Of a DNA stretch of 64,000 nt, positions 20,147 to 31,153 are shown in pieces. The notes beneath the pieces were generated by a model. That model was not told the DNA's origin and searched no databases. It worked only from the letters and a program-made list of their open reading frames with translations. Both the position numbers and the translations under genes were made by a program. Source of the DNA: an uncultured Collinsella sp. (GTDB taxonomy: Bacteria > Actinomycetota > Coriobacteriia > Coriobacteriales > Coriobacteriaceae); assembly GCA_900767675.1 (NCBI GenBank), contig CAAFZX010000014.1, positions 269 through 64,268 of the forward strand, in the 5' to 3' direction. Position 1 is the stretch's first letter; each line of letters begins with the position of its first letter.

Positions 20147-20934
20147 TGGAAAAACCGCACATCGATACAACCGTTGTTGAAGTGCCGGCCGACCTTGCGT
20201 CGCCGGCGCTTTACCGTATCGACGCTGCCCACCATCCTCGTGTCGACCGTGCCGAGATGCTGCGGTATCTGGGCTACGGCGGCCAGCAGATTGAGCCCGA
20301 GCTAGCGCAGCGTATTGAGCTTGTCGTTGAGCGTCTGGAGCTGGACATTGAGCCCCGTGGCGTGCGCCGCATATTTGCCATCGATGCCACGGGCGTCGAT
20401 GAACAGGGCGAGCCCTGCATTCGCTTAGTCGGCACCAACGTTGAACTGCGCGGTCGCGATATCTATCGCCACCTCAAAGACGCCCGCTTTGCCGCACTCA
20501 TGGCATGCACCCTCGGCATGGACGCCGAACGCCGTCTGCGCACCACGGGAGCTCAGCAGCCCCTAGAGGGAGCCGTGCTCGACGCCGCATGCTCCGCCTA
20601 CGTGGAGGCCGCCGTCGAGCAGATGGACCAGCAAGTCAAGGCTGCGGCCGCCGCACACGGGCTCGCCGGCAACTGGCGCTTCAGTCCCGGCTATGGCGAC
20701 TGCCCGCTCTCTGCCCAGCGCTCGATCGTGGATGCACTCAACGCCACGCGCCTCATTGGACTTACCGTCACCCCCACCAGCCTGCTCATGCCCACCAAGA
20801 GCGTGACCGCGGTGATCGGTCTGTTTGACGGCGAAGTCCACGACGCCCAGAGCCGCCCCACCTGCAATATCTGCCGCATGCGCGAGCACTGCCGCTTCCG
20901 CGCCGCCCACACCACCTGCTATTCCAGCCATTAG
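20146..20934 (+). CDS. Stand-alone B12-dependent methionine synthase activation domain protein
   Basis: ACTLG, RFSPGYGD, LMPTKSVTAVIG, C-terminal CxxC...C; ATG overlaps the metF stop. Confidence 0.88.
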   Translation: MEKPHIDTTVVEVPADLASPALYRIDAAHHPRVDRAEMLRYLGYGGQQIEPELAQRIELVVERLELDIEPRGVRRIFAIDATGVDEQGEPCIRLVGTNVELRGRDIYRHLKDARFAALMACTLGMDAERRLRTTGAQQPLEGAVLDAACSAYVEAAVEQMDQQVKAAAAAHGLAGNWRFSPGYGDCPLSAQRSIVDALNATRLIGLTVTPTSLLMPTKSVTAVIGLFDGEVHDAQSRPTCNICRMREHCRFRAAHTTCYSSH

Positions 20935-20943
20935 GAGCCCCCG

Positions 20944-23502
20944 ATGTTTACTCCGCTTATCACTCATGATCTGGACGGTGCCGCGCTGGCGGCACCCGTT
21001 GATGCCGCACGCCGTAATGGCGCCACGTACAAGACGCGCACGATCGACGACCTTCGCATTAAGGACGATCGCCTGTGTGCGGCCATCGAGGGCACGGGAC
21101 ACCTGCTGTTCGACGGCGGCATGGGCACCATGCTGCAGGCGGCCGGCATGAAGGCCGGCGCCCTGCCCGAGCTGCTCAACTTTGAGGAGCCACAGGTCAT
21201 TACCGATATCCAGCGCCAGTACGTCGAGGCTGGCTGCGACGTAATCACCGCCAACACCTTTGGCGCCAACGCCCACAAGCTCGACGGCGCCGCCACCGTG
21301 GCAGATGTCTTTGCCGCCGCCGTCGCCTGCGCCCGCGCGGCCGGCGCCCACTACGTCGCCGGCGATATCGGCCCCATCGGCGCGCTGCTTCGCCCCTTGG
21401 GTACCCTCAGCTTCGACGAGGCCTATGACCTCTTTGCCGAGGAAGTGCGCGCCGGCGTCGCCGCGGGTGTGGACCTCTTTATTATCGAGACTATGACCGA
21501 CCTGGCCGAGATCAAGGCGGCCGTCCTCGCCTGCCGCGAGAACTCCGACCTGCCCGTCTTTGCCACCATGACCTTTGAGGAAGACGGTCGCACCTTCCTG
21601 GGCACGAGTCCCGAGGTTGCCGCCATCACGCTCGATGCCATCGGCGCCGATGTCCTGGGCATCAACTGCAGCCAGGGCCCGGCCGAGCTCCGGGGACTCG
21701 CTGCACGCATGCTCACCGTTACCGACAAGCCCATCATGGTGCAGGCCAACGCAGGACTGCCCCGCGTGGACGACGACGGCAACACCGTCTTTGATATCCA
21801 GGCGCCCGAGTACGCCGCGGCCGTCGCCGGCATGATCAAGGATGGCGTGAGCGTCGTGGGCGGTTGCTGCGGCACCACGCCCGTGCACATGGCGGCCTTG
21901 CGCACGCTTATCGACAACCACACGCCCAGTCCGCGCCATCGCAAGCCCAGCATGTCGGTCACGAGCGCCCAGACGGTCGTGGACCTTCCCTGCGATGGCC
22001 ACAAGATCGCCGTCATCGGCGAGCGCATCAATCCCACCGGCAAAAAGCGCCTGCAGCAGGCCCTGCGCGACGGCGATCTGGACTACGTCGTAAGTCAGGG
22101 CATCAGCCAGCAAGAACAGGGCGCCGATATCCTGGACGTTAACGTGGGCCTGCCCGAGATCGACGAGGTCAAGATTATCCAGCAGGCCACCGAGCAGCTC
22201 CAGGGCTCCACGCTCCTGCCGCTGCAGATCGACTCCACCGATCCCGCCGCTGTCGAGGCCGCCGTACGCCGCTACGCCGGCAAGCCCATCATCAACTCGG
22301 TCAACGGCAAGCAGCAGATCATGGATGAGATCTTTCCGCTGGTCGCCCACTATGGAACCAACGTCGTCGGCCTCACGCTCGACGAAGGCGGCATCCCCGA
22401 TACCGCCGAGGCTCGCTTCGCCATCGCCGAGCGCATCGTGGCCGAGGCCGCCCGCTACGGCATCGGCCCGGACCGCATCCTCATCGACTGCCTGGTCATG
22501 ACCGCCTCGACCAACCAGCGCCAGGCTGAGCAGATCCTGCGCGCCATGTCTATGTGCAAGGAGCGCCTGGGCGTCAAATGCGCACTCGGCGTGTCGAACA
22601 TCAGCTTTGGCCTGCCCGCGCGGCCGCTGCTGGGCTCGGTCTTTTTGGCCGCCGCCTTTGGTGCAGGTCTGGACGCCCCCATCATGAACCCGGGTTCCAA
22701 GCGCTTTATGGATACCGTCTACAGCTATCGCGTGCTGAGCGTTGAGGACGAGGGCTCGACCGGATACATCGAGCGCTACGCTGGCTGGACCGATCCGTAT
22801 AAGATCGCCGCGAACCCGGCAGCGGCCCAGACCGCATCGACCGACGCCGCGCCCGCTGCTGACACCGCCGGCACCGACGGCAACGACGACCCCATCCGCC
22901 ACATGGTCGTCTCGGGCCGCAAGGGCGAAATTGCGGCCGAGACCGAGCGCCTGCTGGCCGACCACGACGCTATGGAACTCATCAACAATCACTTTATCCC
23001 CGCCCTCGACGAGGTCGGAGTCCTCTTTGACCAGGGCAAGTTCTTCTTGCCGCAGCTCATGGCCTCGGCCGAGGCCGCGCGCGTGGGCTTCGATACCATC
23101 AAACGCCTGATGCCCGCCGGCGAGATTGCCGACAAGGGTAAGATCTGCGTGGCCACCGTCAAGGGCGACATCCACGATATTGGCAAGAACATCGTCAAAA
23201 TGCTGCTCGACAACTACGGCTACACCGTCTTTGACCTTGGCCGCGACGTCGATCCACAGGAGGTACTCAAGACCGTCAAGGAGCGTGACATCAAGCTCGT
23301 CGGCCTCTCGGCGCTTATGACTACCACCGTCGTGGCCATGGAAGAGACCATCAAGCTGCTTCATGCCGAGGTGCCGGGCGTCAAGATCATCGTAGGCGGC
23401 GCCGTACTCACCCCCGAATACGCCAAGCAGATCGGCGCGGACTACTACGCCAAGGACGCCGCCGAGAGCGCTCGTATCGCCGAAGAGGTCTTTGGGCAGT
23501 AA
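20944..23502 (+). CDS. metH: B12-dependent methionine synthase (Hcy, pterin and B12 domains; activation domain separate)
   Basis: DGGMGT, GINCS, GGCCGTTP, IGERINPTG, GDIHDIGKNIV. Confidence 0.93.
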   Translation: MFTPLITHDLDGAALAAPVDAARRNGATYKTRTIDDLRIKDDRLCAAIEGTGHLLFDGGMGTMLQAAGMKAGALPELLNFEEPQVITDIQRQYVEAGCDVITANTFGANAHKLDGAATVADVFAAAVACARAAGAHYVAGDIGPIGALLRPLGTLSFDEAYDLFAEEVRAGVAAGVDLFIIETMTDLAEIKAAVLACRENSDLPVFATMTFEEDGRTFLGTSPEVAAITLDAIGADVLGINCSQGPAELRGLAARMLTVTDKPIMVQANAGLPRVDDDGNTVFDIQAPEYAAAVAGMIKDGVSVVGGCCGTTPVHMAALRTLIDNHTPSPRHRKPSMSVTSAQTVVDLPCDGHKIAVIGERINPTGKKRLQQALRDGDLDYVVSQGISQQEQGADILDVNVGLPEIDEVKIIQQATEQLQGSTLLPLQIDSTDPAAVEAAVRRYAGKPIINSVNGKQQIMDEIFPLVAHYGTNVVGLTLDEGGIPDTAEARFAIAERIVAEAARYGIGPDRILIDCLVMTASTNQRQAEQILRAMSMCKERLGVKCALGVSNISFGLPARPLLGSVFLAAAFGAGLDAPIMNPGSKRFMDTVYSYRVLSVEDEGSTGYIERYAGWTDPYKIAANPAAAQTASTDAAPAADTAGTDGNDDPIRHMVVSGRKGEIAAETERLLADHDAMELINNHFIPALDEVGVLFDQGKFFLPQLMASAEAARVGFDTIKRLMPAGEIADKGKICVATVKGDIHDIGKNIVKMLLDNYGYTVFDLGRDVDPQEVLKTVKERDIKLVGLSALMTTTVVAMEETIKLLHAEVPGVKIIVGGAVLTPEYAKQIGADYYAKDAAESARIAEEVFGQ

Positions 23503-23610
23503 CACAACGGAAACAACCAAGCACCAAAACGTGCCGCACGCGCCACTTGGCACGTGCGGCACGTTAGAATAGAAAAGACTATGCTCGTTTTGGCAGATAG
23601 GAGCGCAAGG

Positions 23611-24975
23611 ATGGCGATCACGCCCGCAGAAATCGCGGAAACCCGCGGCATGGTTGAGGAGCAGAACCTCGACATCAGGACCATCACCATGGGTGTTTCG
23701 CTCATGGGTTGCGGTGACGAGAACCTCGACCGCATGTGCACGAAGATCTACGACCACGTGACGCACACGGCTGAGCATCTGGTCGAGACCGCCGAGAACC
23801 TCGAGCGCGAGTACGGTATCCCCATCGTCAACAAGCGCGTCTCCGTCACCCCGGTGGCGCAGATCGCCGCGTGCTGCAAGGATGAGGACCTCACCCCCAT
23901 CGCGCATGCCCTCGACCGCGCGGCAGAGACGCTCGGCATCGATTACCTGGGTGGCTTCTCCGCACTCGTCCAGAAGGGCATCGGCGACGCCGATCGCCGC
24001 GTCATCCAGTCCATCCCCCAGGCGCTCGCTACCACGAGCCGAGTCTGCTCCAGTGTCAACGTCGCTAGCCTGCGCGCCGGCATCAACATGGACGCCGTGC
24101 TTATGGCCGCCCAGACCATCATCGATGCCGCTAAACTCACGGCCGACCAGGATTCCGTCGGCGCTTCCAAGTTTGTCTGCTTTGCCAACATGGTCGAGGA
24201 CTCCCCGTTTATGGCGGGCGCCGTCCACGGCGGTGGCGAGGCCGACGCCGTCATCAACGTAGGCGTCTCGGGCCCCGGCGTTATGGCCGCAGCCCTGGAG
24301 ACGCTGCCCGATTCCGCATCGATGATGGAAGTCGCCGAGAAGATTAAGCAGACCGCCTTTAAGATCACCCGTGCCGGTGAGCTCATGAGCCGCGAGGCCG
24401 CCCATCGCCTGGGTGTCGAGAAGGGCATTGTCGACCTGTCGCTGGCTCCCACGCCTGCCATCGGCGACTCCGTCGCACGCATCCTCGAGATCATCGGCGT
24501 GGGCACCTGTGGTGGCCCGGGCACGACCTGCGCGCTCGCCATGCTCAACGATGCCGTCAAGAAGGGCGGCGTCATGGCCAGCTCCAGCGTGGGCGGTCTC
24601 TCCGGCGCCTTTATCCCCGTATCCGAGGACGCCGGCATGATCGCCGCCGTCGAGGCCGGTGCACTTTCGCTCGAGAAGCTCGAGGCCATGACCTGCGTGT
24701 GCTCCGTTGGCCTGGACATGATCGCCATCCCCGGCGACACCCCGGTCGAGACCATCGCCGGCATCATCGCCGACGAGATGGCCATCGGCGTCATCAACAA
24801 CAAGACCACGGCCGTCCGCGTGATTCCTGCCATCGGCAAGGGCGTGGGCGACTGCGTCGAGTACGGCGGCCTGTTCGGCCGTGCGCCCATCATGCCGGTG
24901 AACCCCAATGCCGGCACCGTACTTGCCCACCGCGGTGGACGCTTCCCAGCGCCGCTGAACTCGCTGAAGAACTAG
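23611..24975 (+). CDS. PFL-family / UPF0210 (DUF711) protein
   Basis: [48 protein letters not shown]. Confidence 0.9.
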   Translation: MAITPAEIAETRGMVEEQNLDIRTITMGVSLMGCGDENLDRMCTKIYDHVTHTAEHLVETAENLEREYGIPIVNKRVSVTPVAQIAACCKDEDLTPIAHALDRAAETLGIDYLGGFSALVQKGIGDADRRVIQSIPQALATTSRVCSSVNVASLRAGINMDAVLMAAQTIIDAAKLTADQDSVGASKFVCFANMVEDSPFMAGAVHGGGEADAVINVGVSGPGVMAAALETLPDSASMMEVAEKIKQTAFKITRAGELMSREAAHRLGVEKGIVDLSLAPTPAIGDSVARILEIIGVGTCGGPGTTCALAMLNDAVKKGGVMASSSVGGLSGAFIPVSEDAGMIAAVEAGALSLEKLEAMTCVCSVGLDMIAIPGDTPVETIAGIIADEMAIGVINNKTTAVRVIPAIGKGVGDCVEYGGLFGRAPIMPVNPNAGTVLAHRGGRFPAPLNSLKN

Positions 24976-24992
24976 CTGAGGGGGACTGGCGA

Positions 24993-25126
24993 GGAGCCCC
25001 GGGGAGGGCAAATATATAAGGTCGCCTGCTCGGACAGTCCTGGCTCGCACGGAGAGCACATTAAGTGCTCTCCGGCTCGTGCGGAACTCGCGATCGACCT
25101 TATATATTTGCCCTCCCCGGGGCTCC
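24993..25126. repeat. Long nested hairpin element (32-bp perfect inverted repeat with conserved core)
   Basis: Arms 24993-25024/25095-25126; inner stem CGGAGAGCAC/GTGCTCTCCG; core shared with 44524-44659. Confidence 0.85.
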
Positions 25127-25293
25127 CGCACAACGGGCCCTCAGTTGGGTTCTATCCCGGTTGCAGTCGCTTCGCTTCTGCCCCACTTTGCTGGTATGGC
25201 GGTTTGGCGTTGGAACGGTTCTTTTTCTGATATATGCTGGTTGCGGCTCTTCTTTTGGGAGGAGTCGCTTTTTTGTTGCTAGGAGGTTGGCCC

Positions 25294-26181
25294 GTGGCTG
25301 ATGGGGAGAATCGTTCTGAGCTGCTTTCCACAGATTGGAATCTGGAGTGGATGCAGATGCAGGCTGATCGGCGGCGGGCTGATGATTCTTTTGAATGGGA
25401 TAAGCGGGCTCGACATTTTCGACCTCTTGAGACTGCCCCGTATGCCCGGGACTTTATGAAGCTGTTGGCGTTAAAGCCTGGTGAATCCGTGCTTGATATG
25501 GGGTGTGGGGCTGGGTCGATTGCTATTCCGCTTGCTCAGGCTGGGCATCCTGTGATTGCAGCCGACTTTTCCCCTGCTATGTTGGGCACGCTTGATGCTG
25601 GTATTGAGTACTATGGGCTCGAGGATCGCATTACACCGCTTGAGCTTGCTTGGGATGATGATTGGGATTTGGTTGGACCGGTCGCGAAAGCGGTGGATGT
25701 TGCCTTTGCCAGTCGGTCGGTTACGACGACCGATCTAAAAGGTGCGCTTGCCAAGCTTGACCGTGCGGCTCGTCGGCGTTGTGCTGTCACGATGGTCGCC
25801 AACTCCAGCCCGCGCTATGATCTGCACTTGATGAACGCTATCGGCGCCTCCGTTACCTGCAGCAATGGCTTTGTGTACGCCTTCAACATCCTCATTCAGA
25901 TGGGTGCGTTGCCGCAGGTTACATACTTTGAATCGCCTCGTCGCGATACCTTCGATAGCCTTGAGGCAGGCGTGGCGGATTTTTCCCGTATGCTCGAGCA
26001 TGGCAACGAGGATAAGATCGACTGCCTGCGCGACTACATCGCTCAACACATGATTGAGAACCCCCATGCCGGTGAGCCGGGCTCCAAGGGCGTGCCGCAG
26101 GGGCGCTATATGCTCGACCATATCCGTAAGGTTCGCTGGGCGTTTATTGCATGGAAACCGGTCTCTGAATCCCGCTCGTAG
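25294..26181 (+). CDS. Class I SAM-dependent methyltransferase
   Basis: VLDMGCGAG, AADFSPAML; GTG start after AGGAGG. Confidence 0.88.
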   Translation: MADGENRSELLSTDWNLEWMQMQADRRRADDSFEWDKRARHFRPLETAPYARDFMKLLALKPGESVLDMGCGAGSIAIPLAQAGHPVIAADFSPAMLGTLDAGIEYYGLEDRITPLELAWDDDWDLVGPVAKAVDVAFASRSVTTTDLKGALAKLDRAARRRCAVTMVANSSPRYDLHLMNAIGASVTCSNGFVYAFNILIQMGALPQVTYFESPRRDTFDSLEAGVADFSRMLEHGNEDKIDCLRDYIAQHMIENPHAGEPGSKGVPQGRYMLDHIRKVRWAFIAWKPVSESRS

Positions 26182-26339
26182 CCCGTTCACAGCCCGAGCT
26201 GCCCATCACCTCGGCATCCGCATTCTTTGCGAACTGGGCAAACGCGCTCCACACCGCGCCGTTCCTGCGCTATCGTGGGACAGCTCACGTAGATTAAGGC
26301 CCCGTCGCGGGGCGCCCCATACATAGAAAGCGAGAACCC

Positions 26340-26639
26340 ATGGCACTGACAGGAGCCCAGGTCAAGCAGCTTCGCAGCATGGCCCATCACCTCAACCCCG
26401 CCATCATCATCGGCAAGTCCGACATCAACGAGGGCACCGTCGAGCAGACGGTCGCCTACCTGGAGAAGCACGAGCTCGTTAAGTGCTCCGTACTCGATGG
26501 TTCCAGCCTTTCTGCCCGCGAGGCCGCCGAAGATCTCGCCGATCGCTGCCACGCCGAGGTCGTCCAGGTCATCGGCCGCAAGTTCTCGCTGTATCGCGAG
26601 TCCTCGCACAAGGACATCGAGAAGATTAAGCTCGTCTAA
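26340..26639 (+). CDS. yhbY: YhbY (CRM-domain) RNA-binding protein
   Basis: LTGAQVKQLRSMAHHLNP, IGK, HELVK, VQVIG. Confidence 0.92.
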   Translation: MALTGAQVKQLRSMAHHLNPAIIIGKSDINEGTVEQTVAYLEKHELVKCSVLDGSSLSAREAAEDLADRCHAEVVQVIGRKFSLYRESSHKDIEKIKLV

Positions 26640-26708
26640 GAGCCGACGATCCGGCGAGCCAACATACATCAAGCTTGCGAGCGTCCGAGCAATTCGGGCG
26701 CTCATTTT

Positions 26709-29708
26709 TTATCGCTCGACGAGCACGCGGTTAAGCCTGCCCTCTACCAAGCGCTCGTACAGACGCCGCGTCTCGGGCTCGGGCACGCCATTGACCTGCT
26801 CCCTCAGGTGATGCATATGTCCACTGTACAGCTCGACGATATCGCGTCGTCGCCCCGCCGCACCGTAGACGCGCATAGCGCAACGCACCATGTCCTCGCG
26901 CGCCGTCTCTTGCCGCAGCCCCGACTCCACCAGCCATACCGCCGACTGCAGGTCGTTTTCTTCTAGGGCGGCATTCGCGCCCCGAATCATGCAGTCGATA
27001 TACTTCGATTCCATAATGCGCCGCATACGCAAAAAGTAGGTGGGATTACAGCCATTGGGAACATACAACGGGCCGGCGTAGAGCTGCTCGATCTTAAGGC
27101 ACAGCTCGACCAGATGGGGTCCGCGCGCACCCGTGCGATTTCCCAAAACTTCGCGGCTTATCTGATCAAACAACCGCACGTCAGTCTTGACGTAATCGCC
27201 GTTAAGCCCAATGCACTCGTTTTGGATCAGCACACACGACTTGCCGTCCGGTGTCGGCCCCAAGGCCGAACGCAGGCGCGATATCGTCGAGTACAGATTG
27301 TTACGAGCGCTATTGAACTCGGCATGGGGCCACAGCTCCATAGCCAGCGTCTCGCGGTCGACCAGTGTATCCATGCCCAGCGCAAGTCGCTCGGCAAGCG
27401 TCGCCGCTTTCTTGCGGCGCCACATCTTATCCGTGATGGGAAACCCGTCGCGCTCGGCGCGAAACGCCCCAAACATGCGGATCTCGATATGGCCAATCAC
27501 ATCAACACCCTCGGCATCGCCGGCCTGGAACAGACGCTCGCCTTCGCCCTCAAAGTCGTCACGCAGCGAATACCGCGACAGCTCGCGCACCGGGAGCTTC
27601 TTTCGAATTCTAGCAGCCGGCTCACCCAGACAATGCATCGCAAGACGCGCAAACAGCCGATACGACGGATCCATAATCCCCGGGCGGTTCATGGACATCC
27701 AGGCTGCAAGGTCGCTATCGCGGCCCGCGGAGGCCAAATGCAGCGCCACCATCCAAGCCTCGGCACCACCGACCTGCGTCCGACTCAAATCGAGCAGCTC
27801 TGCCTCTTCGCGCACCGATACCATCGATGTATTGCGTAAGTACGCCGCGCGCTCTAGCAGCAGCGCGTTGTCGCGTATGTATCCAATCGATTCCTCGGCA
27901 AGCCTAAGCACCTGCACCGCACGGAATTTGGCATTGACCGGACGCCCCTCAGCCAACGACTGCCAGCCTTCTAGTATCAAGCCAAACAACTGGACTTGAT
28001 TGTCACGCACACGCACGGCAAAACGGTCGAGCTCATTGAATGCCTGCTCGTCGGTCACCGGCATGCCGGCAAACAGGCGCCGCGCCGATAACACCATGCG
28101 CACCCAGATGGCGAGCGCTCGGATTCCACGCGCTTCGAGTGCCTCGAGCGTCAGAGCCATCTCGTCATCACGCTCGTCAGTCCCCGCATACGACCCATCA
28201 AATAGCTCCGTCAACATGCGGTCCGCGCGCACAAACGTCCCCGCGATATCGAGCTCACAATCGTAGGCTTTATCCGTTTTGAGCCCCGCGAGGATCTCGC
28301 CACCCTTCGCCCGCTCGGTCAGTCCATGCTTTATCTCGACATGTGCGGACAGCATGTCGAGTGCGGCACAAGACGCCTCGCTTTCCAACGCCGTATGGCT
28401 TGCCGGAAGCCCCAGACCACTATCTCCATAACAGGCGGCCGTAAACGCGTGCGCCACCTTCCACGACACGGGATTGAGCTCGCAAATCGCTTGTTCGCCC
28501 GCACGCTCGATAATTGAGGCCATATACCGCGCAAGCTTTGTATTGGAGACGCTCACCGCCGCCAGATAGATGCCGAGCGCCTCGTCAGGCGTCGGCTCCG
28601 AGGCCCGGTCATCTGCCTCGGTCTTTCCCAGCGCCGCGCGGCAGACATCCCCTCCATGCCCCGTCAGGGCCAGATCGACCCCATACTGCCCGGCAAGCTC
28701 CAACACCGCACTGCGGTCCAAAAACGCGTCGGCGAGGTCCATCGCGGTATCGCAGCGCCCCGCTTTAATCAATATACGCGCCGCCCGCACAACGAGTTCG
28801 GGGCGAATTTCGGCGACCAGCTTGCGCAATCGCAGGCGTGCGTTGTCCTCGGTACCCAAGCAGGTAAAGCGCCGGTCTGCCGGATCAACGCCAAAAATGG
28901 GATAATCGCGGACAAGATAGGACTGGTCAATCGCCGAAAGCCTAACACCGCAAGCCTCGAGCTCCGAAATATTGCCCTCACCCATTAAGACCATCAAGCA
29001 TGCCACACTAAACAGGGCGTTGTTCTCGAGCGACGCCAGATCAACAAGTGCCGCACCGTAGATATTGACGATCTCGTTTTCGAGCATCTGGGCAACGTCT
29101 CCCTGCCCGTATAGTCCCGACTGCATAGCCGAGACGAGCTCGGGCACGCCCTGCGTAAGCTGATAGAAGTCGAGCGACGTGCTGATCGAAAACGCCGATG
29201 CCCACGCCGAATACTCATAGGCATGCACCTTGAGCATCTGCGCGTTGACTTTAATCGAATCGCCCAGTCCGTGAATCAGCTGGCGATTCGAAGGACGGCA
29301 GCTCATAAAGACCCCAACCCCCATAGCACGCAGGGTTCGGATTCGGTCGATCAGCTCCTCGGTCTCGCTCTGGCTGAGGTTAGGCACGTTATCGATTGCA
29401 ATCAGGGAGTGCGGCTTGTCCTTAAGCTCTTCGGTAACGACCTCGAGCTGCATAAACACCTCGCGCCCAATGGCGCGGTCTGCCTCGATGATCCGCACAG
29501 GACCTCGCGTCGGATCGCTTTTAACCTCTTGGGCATACTGCAGCAGCACCGAGGTTTTCCCAAAGCCATCAGGCGCGTAGAGGACTACGATGCCGGCCTT
29601 TCGGCCCTTGGCGATAAGTTCGTTCATCAAGCGATCGCGCCGCACCATATAGCTACTGCCCAGCGGCATAAGCTCGAGGTCGTCCGTATTGCCCAAATCG
29701 TTAACCAT
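26709..29708 (-). CDS. Large regulator with N-terminal P-loop and C-terminal winged-helix/BTAD domain
   Basis: APDGFGKT Walker A as in MalT-like proteins; C-terminal IRMFGAF, ELWP, NLYSTISRLR and BTAD-like PEPETRRLY. Confidence 0.82.
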   Translation of the reverse strand: MVNDLGNTDDLELMPLGSSYMVRRDRLMNELIAKGRKAGIVVLYAPDGFGKTSVLLQYAQEVKSDPTRGPVRIIEADRAIGREVFMQLEVVTEELKDKPHSLIAIDNVPNLSQSETEELIDRIRTLRAMGVGVFMSCRPSNRQLIHGLGDSIKVNAQMLKVHAYEYSAWASAFSISTSLDFYQLTQGVPELVSAMQSGLYGQGDVAQMLENEIVNIYGAALVDLASLENNALFSVACLMVLMGEGNISELEACGVRLSAIDQSYLVRDYPIFGVDPADRRFTCLGTEDNARLRLRKLVAEIRPELVVRAARILIKAGRCDTAMDLADAFLDRSAVLELAGQYGVDLALTGHGGDVCRAALGKTEADDRASEPTPDEALGIYLAAVSVSNTKLARYMASIIERAGEQAICELNPVSWKVAHAFTAACYGDSGLGLPASHTALESEASCAALDMLSAHVEIKHGLTERAKGGEILAGLKTDKAYDCELDIAGTFVRADRMLTELFDGSYAGTDERDDEMALTLEALEARGIRALAIWVRMVLSARRLFAGMPVTDEQAFNELDRFAVRVRDNQVQLFGLILEGWQSLAEGRPVNAKFRAVQVLRLAEESIGYIRDNALLLERAAYLRNTSMVSVREEAELLDLSRTQVGGAEAWMVALHLASAGRDSDLAAWMSMNRPGIMDPSYRLFARLAMHCLGEPAARIRKKLPVRELSRYSLRDDFEGEGERLFQAGDAEGVDVIGHIEIRMFGAFRAERDGFPITDKMWRRKKAATLAERLALGMDTLVDRETLAMELWPHAEFNSARNNLYSTISRLRSALGPTPDGKSCVLIQNECIGLNGDYVKTDVRLFDQISREVLGNRTGARGPHLVELCLKIEQLYAGPLYVPNGCNPTYFLRMRRIMESKYIDCMIRGANAALEENDLQSAVWLVESGLRQETAREDMVRCAMRVYGAAGRRRDIVELYSGHMHHLREQVNGVPEPETRRLYERLVEGRLNRVLVER

Positions 29709-30152
29709 GCCCGCTCCTCAACTCGACCACATGGACACCGTAACGCTAGACCATATGTATCGCTAGATGAATAGAGCGATGCTACGGTTTAGGATGTTTG
29801 CTGGTACGCAAATGGCAAGTTTTTGTTCAGCGTGGTCCGATTGAAACTTATCCCCCAACCAATCAGTCTTTGCGCAGGTCAATGCGCTTGCCAGCTTGTC
29901 CCATCCTTTGGCAGTTTACCTTAAATGAGCGCTGTTCAATTGTGTTGCGCAACTCACCTAGCGCCAGCTACCGTCTGCGACCTTTTCATAGCATTTATGC
30001 ATAGTATCTGTTATGGAATGAATCATGCTGCACCAGACGCACCCGTCAAGTTCGCGGCAAGGTTTTCGTCAAGCACACGGCGTGCACTCAGAAAAAAGGC
30101 CCCCGCAAAGCGGAGGCCTTCGGCAAAGCTATGTCGAGGTGATAGGCTTTCG

Positions 30153-30881
30153 CTACTCGCAGAGCGAAAGGGCGGCCTCGTCGGCAACGACAACGCAGTT
30201 GGTGTGCAGCTGCAGGATCGAGGCAGGGCACTCGGGGGTAACCGGACCAAAGCACATGTCATGCACGGCTTGGGCCTTGGCCTCGCCATTGGCGACAACC
30301 AGGATCATGCGGGCATACATGATGGTCTGAGTGCCCATGGTGTAGGCCTGACGAGGCACGTCGTCGATGCTGTCAAACAGGCGGCTGTTGGCCTGAATAG
30401 TGCTCTCGGTAAGGTCGACACAGTGCGTACCCTTGGAGAAGTGATCATCGGGCTCGTTGAAGCCAATGTGACCGTTGTTACCGATGCCGAGCAGCTGCAG
30501 ATCAGGGTAACCGGCAGCAGCGACGATCTTGTCATACTCAGAGCAGGCAGCGGCAGCGTCGGGATTGGAGCCATCGGGCACATGCGTGTTGTTCAGGTCG
30601 ATGTTAATGTGATCGAAGAAGTTCTCACGCATAAAGTAGTGGTAGCTCTGGGGATCGTCGTGCGAAAGGCCACGATACTCGTCGAGGTTGTAGGTGCTGA
30701 CCTCGGCAAAGTCGACGTCACCCTTCTTGTACCAAGCGGCGAGCTGCTTGTAGGCGCCAATCGGAGTGGAGCCGGTGGCAAGACCCAGCACGCAATCGGG
30801 CTTGAGAATAACCTGGGCCGAGATGATATTGGCGGCCTTGCGGCTCATATCCTCGTAGTCTTTAGCTTTAATGATCTTCAT
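30153..30881 (-). CDS. nagB: Glucosamine-6-phosphate deaminase
   Basis: LGLATGSTP, NLDEY, LGIGNNGHIGFNEP. Confidence 0.95.
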   Translation of the reverse strand: MKIIKAKDYEDMSRKAANIISAQVILKPDCVLGLATGSTPIGAYKQLAAWYKKGDVDFAEVSTYNLDEYRGLSHDDPQSYHYFMRENFFDHINIDLNNTHVPDGSNPDAAAACSEYDKIVAAAGYPDLQLLGIGNNGHIGFNEPDDHFSKGTHCVDLTESTIQANSRLFDSIDDVPRQAYTMGTQTIMYARMILVVANGEAKAQAVHDMCFGPVTPECPASILQLHTNCVVVADEAALSLCE

Positions 30882-31079
30882 TACGCGTCCTTTCTCGTAC
30901 AAGAGAGGCAAGGCTCCCCTTACAAGCACTTGCCCGCGGCCCGCGTCGGCCGCAACCAACGTGTGCGGCCACCAGGGCGAGGTCGCGTAATGTATGTGTC
31001 TCGTGTCTACCCGCGTCGAGGCCCCTGCCCGTCCACGGTGACCCAAAGCTGTTTAGCTTCGGACAAATCCCATCTTGCC

Positions 31080-31113
31080 ACGGAGGGCGCCCTGTTTCAA
31101 GGGCGCCCTCCGT
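31080..31113. terminator. Hairpin between the PTS IIA gene and nagB
   Basis: ACGGAGGGCGCCCT/AGGGCGCCCTCCGT perfect 14-bp stem; no clear U-tract. Confidence 0.55.
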
Positions 31114-31153
31114 AAACGTGTTTGAATTGTAGGCTAAAGGCAAAGCGGAGCGA

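Noticed and set aside
25030..25042. GACAGTCCTG resembles the hairpin-ribozyme substrate strand
   Set aside because: No partner AGAA loop A strand or loop B consensus was found; the match is too short to call
20563..25131. 1522-aa minus-strand ORF and other long antisense ORFs (e.g. 665-2593, 16877-18901)
   Set aside because: Shadow frames of well-supported genes in high-GC DNA, with no recognisable motifs
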